A stretch of 64,000 nucleotides of DNA. Source: Dimorphilus gyrociliatus. Taxonomy: Eukaryota > Animalia > Annelida. The stretch is from the NCBI GenBank assembly GCA_904063045.1, contig CAJFCJ010000026.1, positions 784,964 through 848,963 of the forward strand, given 5' to 3'. A program made the translations under genes and the position numbers. Below, in pieces: positions 53,022 to 64,000 of the stretch. Within the stretch, counting starts at the first letter, position 1. Every line of letters begins with the position of its first letter. Below the pieces are notes generated by a model that was given only the letters and a program-made list of their open reading frames with translations, did no database searches and had not been told where the DNA came from.

Positions 53022-53224
53022 ATTTGGCAGTCAGCCAAATTCCCTTTACGTTACACATATTTAAAACCTAACCGTATTTTCACTACCTCTTATTATCTTG
53101 ACACGTTATTACTTATTATTACTGCTATATTTACTAGTATATACCTTAAATCTTTAACGCGTATATCGAGTAAAGTTGGTGAATTTAGCCATAACCTACG
53201 CTCGCTACTCATTCATCGACTACA
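52997..53224 (+). repeat. BEL/Pao 3' LTR, 228 bp
   Basis: Begins TGTAGTCGA and ends TCGACTACA (perfect 9-bp terminal inverted repeats, TG..CA); homologous start at 27752 and end at 30723. Confidence 0.82.
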
Positions 53225-53239
53225 CTGTATATATCAATT

Positions 53240-54060
53240 CACAGTATATTACATTAACGAATGAATATGTCAAAAATTTGAAAATAATCGATTACTTTCT
53301 CATGATTCCCAATCTTTACAGTATTTCTCAAAAGACATGTTTGAAATTTGTTGGTTATTAAGGAATGATAGCAAGGAAGCGGACGTAGAGGTGTTGATAA
53401 TTTGCTTGAAAGTCCTTACAGTAGATGAGAAAAATAGTTTCCAAGAGCATTCTTTTCCTGCTTGTTGGTGTAAAAGTGATTAAGCAGCTTAAAAAGCCTA
53501 TGGAAATGTGTGAGATGTATGTAGAATAAGGAAAGACTTTGTTGGGAAAAGTTGTTATGGATTATGCAGTTTATTATAAAGAAGTAACGCAAAGATATAC
53601 AGCCAAATAGAATAAATTTGATTATCTCATAACCGACATTTTCGAAACTTGGCAATATTTAACAATAATTCAATGGACTATATTGCTTCATAAAGCCCAT
53701 AACCCAAATATTTTTCCAACGTCTATTATCTATTGAAGAAATGAAAGTATTTCTTCGTTGATTAGTTACAACAACGTTAATATAATAACAATGAATTGAA
53801 ATAGGCCGTAAAGTTATTTTTGTAGTATGAAAAAGAATAAGGAGCGTTGTACTAGAATAACTGTGATGTTTCTGTGGACTGAATTGTAATAAAAGATGGA
53901 ACTTGACTCTTTCATTCTGATTATAAGAATAGAATAAATTTGCTAGAATGCCATCACAATGATTTCCCTCCACATTTCTTCTCAAATGAACAAAGCTTTT
54001 TCAATTGGAAGAATTTATGAATTCACGAGTAAAGTGTGTGATTTTGTGATAATACAAACA
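53240..54060 (+). pseudogene. Decayed copy of the unidentified protein family
   Basis: YFSKDMFEICWLLRNDSKEADVEVLIICLKVLTVDEKNSFQEHSFPACW, IKQLKKPMEMCEMYVE, RINLLECHHNDFPPH; colinear with 27935-28605. Confidence 0.55.
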
Positions 54061-54792
54061 AAACTCAGTTGACATTTATTATCCGAAGTAGAAAAAATAT
54101 TCGTGAGGAATGTTGCTGTATAAATAAAAGAATAAAATGGATTGACAAAATTTTTAATATTTGATAGATTTGGAGAAATCATGACAATTATTTTAAGAAG
54201 AAGAAACGATTACATTTGTGAATGATATTCATCAAGTAGTAAATGGACAACCTCATAAACTCTATGGGGAAACATTTATAACACAAAATAATAGTGTGTT
54301 TTGAGAATGAACTCTACCTATTAAACATCTTATAACATAGTCTAGTTTTTTAATAATAACTGTTAATGATTATCTTTCCAAAGAAACCTTTGAAAAAAAA
54401 TGATGGAATTACATTGAGCTACTTAATATTTTCAGGTTAGATTTCTGAAGTAGTGTTAACAAATATTAACTAAATACCGTGCTGTCTATTGTCTAGAAGT
54501 TTAGATCATAAGAAGGGAAGAAAACTGCTGGAATTCCGTTACAATGACTCCTCTTTTCTCACTAAAATCTGTGACAAATTTCAACTTCTTTACCGATTTA
54601 TGAAATTAAATTGCCCGTTCCTTAATTAAAGGAGGCATTACAATTGGAACAATTTGAAATTTCAATATTATATTTATGTGAAAATTGAAAGCCGTACAGT
54701 AGAATGTGATCTTAGATATCGCAAAACGAAATCTACTGAACAGAACGTTTATACATTATGTGTTAGTATGAGTCAGTGAATGTATGTCAGTA

Positions 54793-54943
54793 TGCTAGCG
54801 TCACTTAAAGGGGGAGCTTGACTAAGCCAAAGTCAGGACAGCCCAGTTGACTTAATGTCACATAACCGGGATAGAGAACGACGTGGCGCGAACGTTGCAC
54901 CACGAATGAGCACAGTCAAGCACCCAGTTAAGTGACGCTAGCA
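54793..54943. repeat. Inverted repeat upstream of a TATA-like box (possible solo LTR or MITE)
   Basis: TGCTAGCGTCACTTAA (54793-54808) and TTAAGTGACGCTAGCA (54928-54943) are perfect reverse complements; arms extend imperfectly to ~35 bp; TATAAAAG follows at ~54947. Confidence 0.8.
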
Positions 54944-56401
54944 AAGTATAAAAGAGAGTGAATGTATCAGAACGTGGTGAGAAAGCTAAGAGTAATTAAA
55001 ACATAATTTTAGACGGAATTGTCAGCAATTCCGCAATACAAGCGAAAAATAAATCTTGTAAATCTACTTTACATTAATTAATCCTCATATATCAATAGAA
55101 TAAATACTGAATCAGTCATCTCTTGTTAATTATGAGGACGAATGATAATACGTAATTATATTAATTCTTCCTTCACTCTAAAACAATTGGGACATTTTTG
55201 CTGAAATGAGCTGACGCATTACTATTTAAATTATTCAAATTTCAATATAGCGTGACTCTTACGTTAAAAGTGTGTGATCTTGCGATGATTATGAATTAAT
55301 TGATACTATATCTGTCATCTCTTGATAATTAAAAAGAGGGAGCAGCATACCTAAATCATATTGATTAAACCTTCACTCCAAAAAAAAATAGAGAGCCTTA
55401 TAGGTCTTTTCTCTTTTCGACTTGTCTCTGTTCAGTAAATGGTTAGGACATGAAAAATATTCCTTGGATTCAGAATCGTACTGAACATCTTTGAGTGACC
55501 AAACACTAATGAGAGAAAAAATTCTAAGCGTTTACACTAATAAACCAAATTAGAAAGGAGTAATGAATGATTAGTTTTTGTCGTCAATTTATCAATTGGG
55601 ATCAAACCACCGAAAACAAATACAATATAATACTCGCCATTTAGATCTTTAGATGTGTATTATCCTCCCTTCAATTATATATATATATAATTGTCTTTTA
55701 TTACAGAAAACTGTACGACCTTATACTTAATCAAACATTAAAGGAGTAGCATTCAGGGGCAAAAGAGAACAAGAAATGATCCCAAAAGAGCCTATTTGGG
55801 GGAAAAAAGTGTTGAAAAGGGGATTTTTCAAATGTTTTGAATTCCAAGCACTCTGTATGGATCGATTAAGGAAAGGGATGTATATTAATCAGCACTGATC
55901 TAACGGTTACTTGATTGCTTTTTCATTGAATTTAATACCTTGGCGTTAGCATTATCGACTCGCCTTTGATCTTTGGGCAGAATTCATATCCTGTTTATTC
56001 GAAATATATCCGTTATAAAATGTTCTTTTATCTTAGAAACCGAAATTCAATGGTTTTCTCCGAAGCCTCTGACTTGAATTTTAAACCTTTTAACTTCGCT
56101 CTTTTTATCTTTTTAAAAGTATTCTGTTTTGATTTCTTTCTGACATAACGTCATTTTTTTAATTCCGCAAAATATTCATTCAAAATGTTCGAATTCTCGA
56201 ATATGAATTTTCGAACTATCTCTCTATTATTCGATTATGGAACATTCTTTCCAGATCTGACACTGGCGGTTTCTGTATATTCAAATTAATAAAGAAATTA
56301 AATAAAAACATAGACTTTGGCCTTTATACGATTTCGCTGCTTTAGTCGGGTATAACTTTTTGCTTAGATATGTTTCTCTGTTCATTTATTTAATGATACA
56401 T

Positions 56402-56423
56402 TAACCCTAACCCTAACCCTAAC
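56402..56423 (-). repeat. Short interstitial (TTAGGG)n tract
   Basis: TAACCC x3 plus TAAC. Confidence 0.8.
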
Positions 56424-57099
56424 AGAGTCTTTGTCCTCTCTTTACTCTCAATTGGAACATATCCCTTCTTTTATTTTCTTTAAATGTTAAAATGCTATTA
56501 CAATTTAACAACCAAGCTTTTACTTTAAATTGTTTTGTAACTTGTTCCTCCTTCCTTCTAGTACTAAATAAAAAGTCAATGAATTGTTATTCGTTAATCG
56601 GTTCATTAAAAATGTTCGATGTTTTCGAATATAATACGAAGGTATTAGTCTGAAAAACATATCCGTTAATTAGAATAATTAGTTATATACATATATATAT
56701 GTTCAACTAGAAAACTTTCAAGTGTTTGTATAAGGTAAAATGATTGTTTATAATTGCCACAACTTACATTCAAATCCATCTCTTAATCTTTGTGCCCTCA
56801 TCATTTCGGTAACTGAAATTCAATTTAAAATGATAATATGTAATTATTGGATTGCTGTTATGTTTCGCCTCAGAGTCAACTTAATTCTTATTCCGCGTAT
56901 TAAAGAAATAAAAATTATTATTCGTAAAGAATTTGTTTCAATTCAAACTTTAATGATTCGTTGACAAACTGATTTCATAGAAAATAAATTCGGACTTTTC
57001 ATTCAATACAATAAGATTTCAATTGTTTATGACTTCAAAAGTTTCATATAAAATTTCATATATTGTTTTCGCACAAAAAGACCGATGGTGAAGATTCTA

Positions 57100-57651
57100 C
57101 TAGTCTTGAATCATATTTCCTGCCAGTTCCGTTTCAAAAATAAAGGTTCGCAATTGTAGAGTCAATAGCTCTTTCTTTAAGCTGTTTATCTCTTTCTGCA
57201 GTTCCATCTTGTACACGCGTCGTCTCTCACAAGCTAAGCATCTTCCATTTCTCTTCGAATGTTGCGAATTTATAGAAAAAAAGTTAGCATTTCCGTAATA
57301 CGAATTTGTAGCAGTCGGTACACTGTGCGGTAAAAGTCGGCGTTTGTCATTATTGTAAAAGTCGGTATCTAGAAAATGTCTTGAGCAAATTATTTTCCTT
57401 AGTATGCAACGTGGATTCCTTCGAAATTCCTTTAGCAGAGTTTCGTTTTGCAAACTTCTCACCCATGCCTTGCATCTGGAAAGATGAGCGATAAAGGGTA
57501 AATTTAACTAAAAACTGCAAAAAAAGGCAAGTAAAATTATACAATACCTCTTGATATCCCTTGGGAATGAGTAGAAAGATATGGAATCCTTATTTTCGGG
57601 TTCATTTTTGTGCCAAACTTCTTGACAAATACAGCATTTTCGTTTAGACAT
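57100..57651 (-). CDS. THAP zinc-finger protein 3 (2 exons: 57651-57548, 57475-57100)
   Basis: MSKRKCCICQ...FYSFPRDIKR | 72-nt GT..AG intron, phase 2 | CKAWVRSL..ICSRHF..HSVPT, then a coiled-coil-like MELQKEINSLKKELLTL tail. Confidence 0.85.
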
Positions 57652-60600
57652 AATTTTAGAGTCAAGTCAAAATTAATTGGTAGCGGATGAAACGTCACAG
57701 TGTGAAAGCAACTATATTCGTATTTTTCATATCTGATATAAATAACTTCCTAAACATCTAATTTTTTTATTAAGAAAAATGAGCAAATTTTCATTTTTTT
57801 TTAAAAAAATACTAAGAATACTTTTGGCAAAAGAAATATTTGAAGAGATTTAGTTGTATACGTTCGCACATCCAATATTCATAAGATCAATCGAAGTAAC
57901 ACAATAGAAATTAGAAACAATGTAATTAATATAAGGTTATCAAGTTACTCCAAATGAAGATGAAGTGACAATATTTTTTAAAAATCATGTTCTTGTATCT
58001 TTTAGGGATTAATTTTAGATCTATTCTATTTATCTAACTTTTAAAGAGGTAAAAGATGCTATTTACTTTCAAAAGGTTATGATACAGTAATAAAGTATTC
58101 TATTTAGAATATTTTTAGTCAAGTATTCTAAAATCGAAATATTCAAAATAGGCCGTTCTTTTCTCACCAATTTGCGGATATCCGGTAACCATTAATTGTC
58201 TTTGGACACTTCACACGCATAATTGTCTATTTGTAATGAAGGGAAAATCCAACTTTAGCATTGGTATGTGTTACTTTATCGAGAAATTATAAACACGCAA
58301 AAGTTTATCTATCTTATGGTTACTTTATATATCATGATTCATTTTCAGATGCCAGATATCGTTGGATTTCAAAGCACAAGCTCTTATGAATTGTAAGTGT
58401 CTGCCGTAAAGAAAACCGCTATGGATTTGGCGAATCTTTCGAAAGAGACAACCAAAATCATTTCTTGTGTGATGTAATGAATTTTTCATTTACCATTGAG
58501 TTGAGCCAAATTCCTGTATTTTGATCGGGAATGCAGCTCCTCACAGTCCCTCCAATTCTAACGCTTTTTTCGCAAAGTTCCTTCGAACTTCGCAAGCCTC
58601 CTGAAAGAAAAAAATTTATATATGATAATGAATGTACAGCTTATTTATTGATCTAAATTGATAGTTTGTGAACAAGAAATATGCTCCTTTGTATGGATGA
58701 TCGAACATGTTATGTATCCATGTTGATTTTATAGTAAATAAAGCTATTTGTGAATATATTTTTGATAACTAAGACGATAAGGGCGTTTAACAAAATTCCG
58801 CGTAACTTGACAATAATCCGTATATTATCTTTTTTGGAGTCAGAGCTAGTCCACTACTTAATCTGAAAACTGATAACTTGCATTATTCATACGATCTAGT
58901 GTTTGTCATGTGCTAAGTTTTGCTAGAACGAAGGCGAAAAAAGAGGGATGCGACAGAAAACCTCCACAAATATCTGCTTTTATCCTAACCCAGCCCTTGT
59001 CTGTACCTAACCTGTTCTGTCATCCCTAACCCTTAGATGAGACCCTCCTAATTACAGATCAGTTGCTGTTTTCGTCCTCCTAACCACTTTTCAATCCAAA
59101 ATCTAGTCTTGAACTTTCTCATTTGTGGACGTTTTCTGTCGACCGCAAAAGTCTATTGCCATTTTCTGTAAAGACGAATCATTTTCGCCTAAGTTCACCC
59201 TTATTTATCAAGAACGGAGCGTCGAAAACCACGTAACATGAAAATTGACGATTTTGGAAGCTTGTACCAATTACAACAATGGAGTTTCATTAAAGTATCA
59301 AAAGAAAATGCCAAAAACTTTTTAAAAAAATCGCTTAAAATGATATACGTCTTTATTCATTTGAGGATGTCATAGACGTGAATATAAAAGAGTGCAATTA
59401 CACATGAAACATTTAACAAAAAACTATTTAAGCTAGCCTTTGAGCCTCGAATTTCGTTTTCACTTTAAAAATATTAACGGCTTGAAATGACAAGACGAAT
59501 AACGAACAATAAAATAAAACCTGATGCATTTGATTCGCAGCAATATTCTTTATACTTATCGAATCTAGTCTATGATAAATGATCAATTAAGAAATTTACA
59601 ATGTCAGAAAAAGTCAAGAGACAAAACTCCAAAAAGGAGATATAAAGTCTAACAATTGACTTATTTTCATCATCCATTTAGTTGGTGTAAAGCCATTCAA
59701 ATGAGAATTTTATGCTAAGACAGAAAATAGTTAATAGTTTTTTAAAGCATTAGGGAGAAGTTAGATAAATTGTCGTCGAAGACAATTAACTTTTTATCTG
59801 GAAAAAGGTTTAATAAAAAATTAATTCGAACGAAACGCGTTTTCAGAGTACCGGATTATACATACGTTCAACTTTCATTGTAAATATGAAAAGTTAAAGT
59901 ATTTACTAATTAAAGGAAATTCAAGCAATTCACTATAGCTTTAACTCTTTTTAAATCAAGACCATTTCATATAGCATAAATATCAAATGAGATAAGTAGA
60001 AAAGCTATTCCGCTGATTATTGCACAAAATTGTACCATTAGGATACAGATCGCATGATATGCCGCCGTTTTAAGATAAATTTGTAAGTACCATTTTCGCC
60101 GCTAAAAATAACAAAAAATTCGCGTTTGATTTACATCCGCGGAAAATATCGATAAAATTAACCGTATGATAATTTAAGGAATCCGGTGGATGCATCCAGG
60201 ATTATCTATAAGATAAAATGAACAACTCACGCAGCGCAAATACCCTGAGAAATAAATGTTCAGATAAAGCTTTACCTTGAGGAATAATATTATATTAACC
60301 CGACATATGCAAGCGCTCTATGCATACGATATGAGTGGATGTTTATTTTTGGATCATTAAATAAGCTATATCTGAAGCATTGAAATTGTAGTTTTGTTAT
60401 TAATAAAATCATAACTGCACAATTTCAGAAAATGCTTTCAGGAACACCAAAAGACGACTATAGAATGTAAAAAACATCCTTATTAGAGTTATACCTTAAG
60501 GAATGCAATTGATGGTTTCCGTAGTAACAGTGCGATAATTAAAAGGATACATACTGATCAGCCGTTAGATGAAACAGAAAATGAGATATTCAAGAAAATA

Positions 60601-60664
60601 CACGCATCTCATCTGAAAGATAAGAGCTCCTAGTGATGACGACAATTATGAAAGGCATTTGAGA

Positions 60665-62780
60665 TTAAAGAGGTAGTTTTCGAGACGAAAAACTCTAGAC
60701 CATACAGGCTGATCAGCTATGGAATCAGACAAAAGAGGGAGTTTTCGAAAAGAAGCATTCCACACCATTCATCCAGACCAGCCGTAGAATGAGAGAGTAA
60801 AGAGGTAGTTTTCGAGATGAAGCATTCCACACCATTCATCCAGACCAGCCGCGGAATGAGAGAGTAAAGAGGTAGTTTTCGAGATGAAGCATTCCAAACC
60901 ATTTATCCAGACAAACTGTAGACTGAGAGAGTAAAGAGGTAGTTTTCGAGATGAAGCATTCCAAACCATTCATCCAGATCAGGTGTAGAGTAGTAAGAGT
61001 AAAGCGGCAGTTTTCGAGATGAAGCATTCCACACCATTCATCCAGACCAGCCGCGGAATGAGAGAGTAAAGAGGTAGTTTTCGAGATGAAGCATTCCAAA
61101 CCATTCATCCAGATCAGGTGTAGAGTAGTAAGAGTAAAGCGGCAGTTTTCGAGATGAAGCATTCCACACCATTCATCCAGATCAGGTGTAGAGTAGTAAG
61201 AGTAAAGAGGTAGTTTTCGAGATGAAGCATTCCAAACCATTCATCCAGATCAGGTGTAGAGTAGTAAGAGTAAAGAGGCAGTTTTCGAGATGAAGCATTC
61301 CACACCATTCATCCAGACCAGCCGTAGAATGAGAGAGTAAAGAGGTAGTTTTCGAGATGAAGCATTCCAAACCATTTATCCAGATCAGGTGTAGAGTAGT
61401 AAGAGTAAAGAGGCAGTTTTCGAGATGAAGCATTCCACACCATTCATCCAGACCAGCCGTAGAATGAGAGAGTAAAGAGGTAGTTTTCGAGATGAAGCAT
61501 TCCAAACCATTTATCCAGATCAGGTGTAGAGTAGTAAGAGTAAAGAGGCAGTTTTCGAGATGAAGCATTCCACACCATTCATCCAGACCAGCCGTAGAAT
61601 GAGAGAGTAAAGAGGTAGTTTTCGAGATGAAGCATTCCAAACCATTTATCCAGACAAACTGTAGACTGAGAGAGTAAAGAGGTAGTTTTCGAGATGAAGC
61701 ATTCCACACCATTCATCCAGACCAGCCGCGGAATGAGAGAGTAAAGAGGTAGTTTTCGAGATGAAGCATTCCAAACCATTTATCCAGACAAACTGTAGAC
61801 TGAGAGAGTAAAGAGGTAGTTTTCGAGATGAAGCATTCCAAACCATTTATCCAGACAAACTGTAGACTGAGAGAGTAAAGAGGTAGTTTTCGAGATGAAG
61901 CATTCCACACCATTCATCCAGACCAGCCGCGGAATGAGAGAGTAAAGAGGTAGTTTTCGAGATGAAGCATTCCAAACCATTCATCCAGATCAGGTGTAGA
62001 GTAGTAAGAGTAAAGAGGCAGTTTTCGAGATGAAGCATTCCACACCATTCATCCAGACCAGCCGTAGAATGAGAGAGTAAAGAGGTAGTTTTCGAGATGA
62101 AGCATTCCAAACCATTTATCCAGATCAGGTGTAGAGTAGTAAGAGTAAAGAGGCAGTTTTCGAGATGAAGCATTCCACACCATTCATCCAGACCAGCCGC
62201 GGAATGAGAGAGTAAAGAGGTAGTTTTCGAGATGAAGCATTCCAAACCATTCATCCAGATCAGGTGTAGAGTAGTAAGAGTAAAGAGGCAGTTTTCGAGA
62301 TGAAGCATTCCAAACCATTCATCCAGATCAGGTGTAGAGTAGTAAGAGTAAAGAGGCAGTTTTCGAGATGAAGCATTCCACACCATTCATCCAGACCAGC
62401 CGCGGAATGAGAGAGTAAAGAGGTAGTTTTCGAGATGAAGCATTCCAAACCATTCATCCAGATCAGGTGTAGAGTAGTAAGAGTAAAGAGGCAGTTTTCG
62501 AGATGAAGCATTCCAAACCATTTATCCAGACAAACTGTAGACTGAGGGAGTAAAGAGGCAGTTTTCGAGATGAAGCATTCCACACCATTCATCCAGACCA
62601 GCCGTGGAATGAGAGAGTAAAGAGGTAGTTTTCGAGATGAAGCATTCCACAGTATTCATGTAGATCAGCTGTAGACTGAGAGAGTAAAGAGGCAGTTTTC
62701 GAAATGAAGCATTGTAGAAGATACATGCTGATCAGCTGTGGAATGAGAGTAAAGAGGTAGTTTTCGAGATGAAGTATTCT
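60665..62780 (+). repeat. Minisatellite array, ~31 units of 67/68 bp, three tail variants
   Basis: Core AGTAAAGAGG(T/C)AGTTTTCGAGATGAAGCATTCCA(C/A)ACCATT(C/T)ATCCAGA plus tail A (CCAGCCGYRGAATGAGAG), B (CAAACTGTAGACTGAGAG) or C (TCAGGTGTAGAGTAGTAAG); degenerate units at both edges; ORF-track offsets of 67 confirm the period. Confidence 0.97.
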
Positions 62781-62874
62781 ATAAGAGTCATTGAGATTAG
62801 GGTATGACTGTTGATCGTTTTACTGAAAGCGATCGATTCGAAAGACTAATTAAAATAGCATTGAAGCTAGTTTT

Positions 62875-63425
62875 TACCTTCAAACGAAGGATTTTTCAAT
62901 TTATAATAAATTGGTTCAAGTGTTCTGAAAAATAAGTAAGATAAGTGAAAGTTTTATTTGTAGAACAGAAGAGCATATTGAAACTTACTTTTGAACTCGT
63001 TGAAAATTTCTCGAGGTTATTAATTTTATCTTTCCTTTAAAAGCAAAATATTTTTAGTATCACAAATAAACGTATTTCACTGTCCCAATTGGATCAGCTT
63101 TAGAATTTTGATCGTTTTGCTTAAACCGATCGATTTGAAATATTGTTTAAACTGTCATAAATTAAATTGTTTTCCTTCAAACGAAGGATTTTTATAATTT
63201 ATAATAAATTGGTTCAAGTGTTCTGAAAAATAAGAAAGTTAAATGAAGTTTTTTTTTGTAGAATAAAAGAACACATTGAAACTTACTTTTGAACTCGTTG
63301 AAAATTTCTCGAGACATCGAATGTGTCTCTATGGAAAGGTTCATTAATTTTAATCTTTCCTTTTAAAACAAATTATTCTTAGCAATGCAAATAAACTCAT
63401 TTCACTGTCCTAATCGGATAGTGTT
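62875..63425 (+). repeat. Diverged direct duplication (~62875-63100 and ~63172-63425)
   Basis: CCTTCAAACGAAGGATTTTT..TTTATAATAAATTGGTTCAAGTGTTCTGAAAAATAAG..GAAACTTACTTTTGAACTCGTTGAAAATTTCTCGAG occurs twice, ~298 bp apart. Confidence 0.85.
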
Positions 63426-64000
63426 AGAATTTAAAAGCCTTTTTTGGGGAAAAGCTAAGAAGCAAAGTGAAACACATGTTCACTGATCGTTTCGTCACGT
63501 GTCCAAAAAACCGGTATAAATCTGCTATTTCGTCCCGCCAAAATTTGAAAAGATTTTAGTTAAATTTCTCAACTAAAGCTTCTGATTGAGACCTTCCAAT
63601 CGTTCAATCAAATCTATTTATTGTTAATCGGTTTAAATTTACCTTATCGTAAATAAATTATGTACAGGATTAAGCTTTATTGGAAAAGAAACGGGTTTTT
63701 CTTAAAATTATTTCTTTTGCAACCCAAACATTGCTATGTTTGATATCTGATAATACTGACAGAAACACAAGTAGCATGTCTCACTAAAAAGCTTGGTAGA
63801 GTTGATTGTTATGTTCTAAGTTATCCGTAGAAAAGATGTTTGTTCATTATTGCTTTGACTTTAATTTTTCTTTTCTTATGAAAGCTGTGGAAAGACTTTA
63901 ATTCTTTAGATTTCTGCATTCGTTATTTACAATCAAATAAAGGACAAAGGGAATTATCTGTTTTATTTCAGGCGTATAGATCCATAACTATACCATAATT

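Larger units (their letters stand above)
48619..53224 (+). mobile_element. BEL/Pao LTR retrotransposon, best-preserved copy (gag-PR-RT-RH-IN + 3' LTR); disrupted, no 5' LTR seen
   Basis: Three Cys/His knuckles (49255-49450), ALLDTGAAVSLI protease, YLPHHGV/RIVFDGAAK/FYMDDL RT, IYADAS..AYGA and SIPRAEL RNase H, SPFQYIAMDFTGP..HKMGVVER integrase; stops at 48980, 49900 and 50263. Confidence 0.93.

Noticed and set aside
60717-62592. Repeat-protein CDSs from the ORF track
   Set aside because: They arise in all three minus-strand frames from the tandem repeat; there is no independent evidence of coding.
60665-62780. CRISPR array
   Set aside because: The variable parts are only three recurring types, there are no cas genes, and the context is eukaryotic.
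1-64000. rRNA, tRNA, prokaryotic operons or defence systems
   Set aside because: No recognisable conserved RNA-gene sequence or operon structure; introns and eukaryotic TEs dominate.

Overview
AT-rich eukaryotic (most likely invertebrate metazoan) DNA with very short GT-AG introns (53-90 nt in the models built here); no prokaryotic operon, rRNA, tRNA or CRISPR signal. About 5-12 kb is a compact, intact-looking gene island built largely from transposon-derived domains: two stand-alone Ty3/gypsy-type Gag/capsid ORFs with no pol, two spliced THAP zinc-finger genes, and a 7-exon orphan gene. A third THAP paralogue lies at 57.1-57.65 kb. About 13.7-55 kb is a transposon graveyard: several decayed BEL/Pao LTR retrotransposons (best copy 48.6-53.2 kb, with a 228-bp LTR), Tc1-type elements (DD34E and DD35E), mariner fragments, many decayed copies of an unidentified protein-coding family, and a punctuated colinear segmental duplication (22.3-33.3 kb vs 42.4-48.6 kb). 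A ~31-unit 67/68-bp minisatellite with three tail variants lies at 60.7-62.8 kb. All gene models and alignments were made by eye; no database searches were run.
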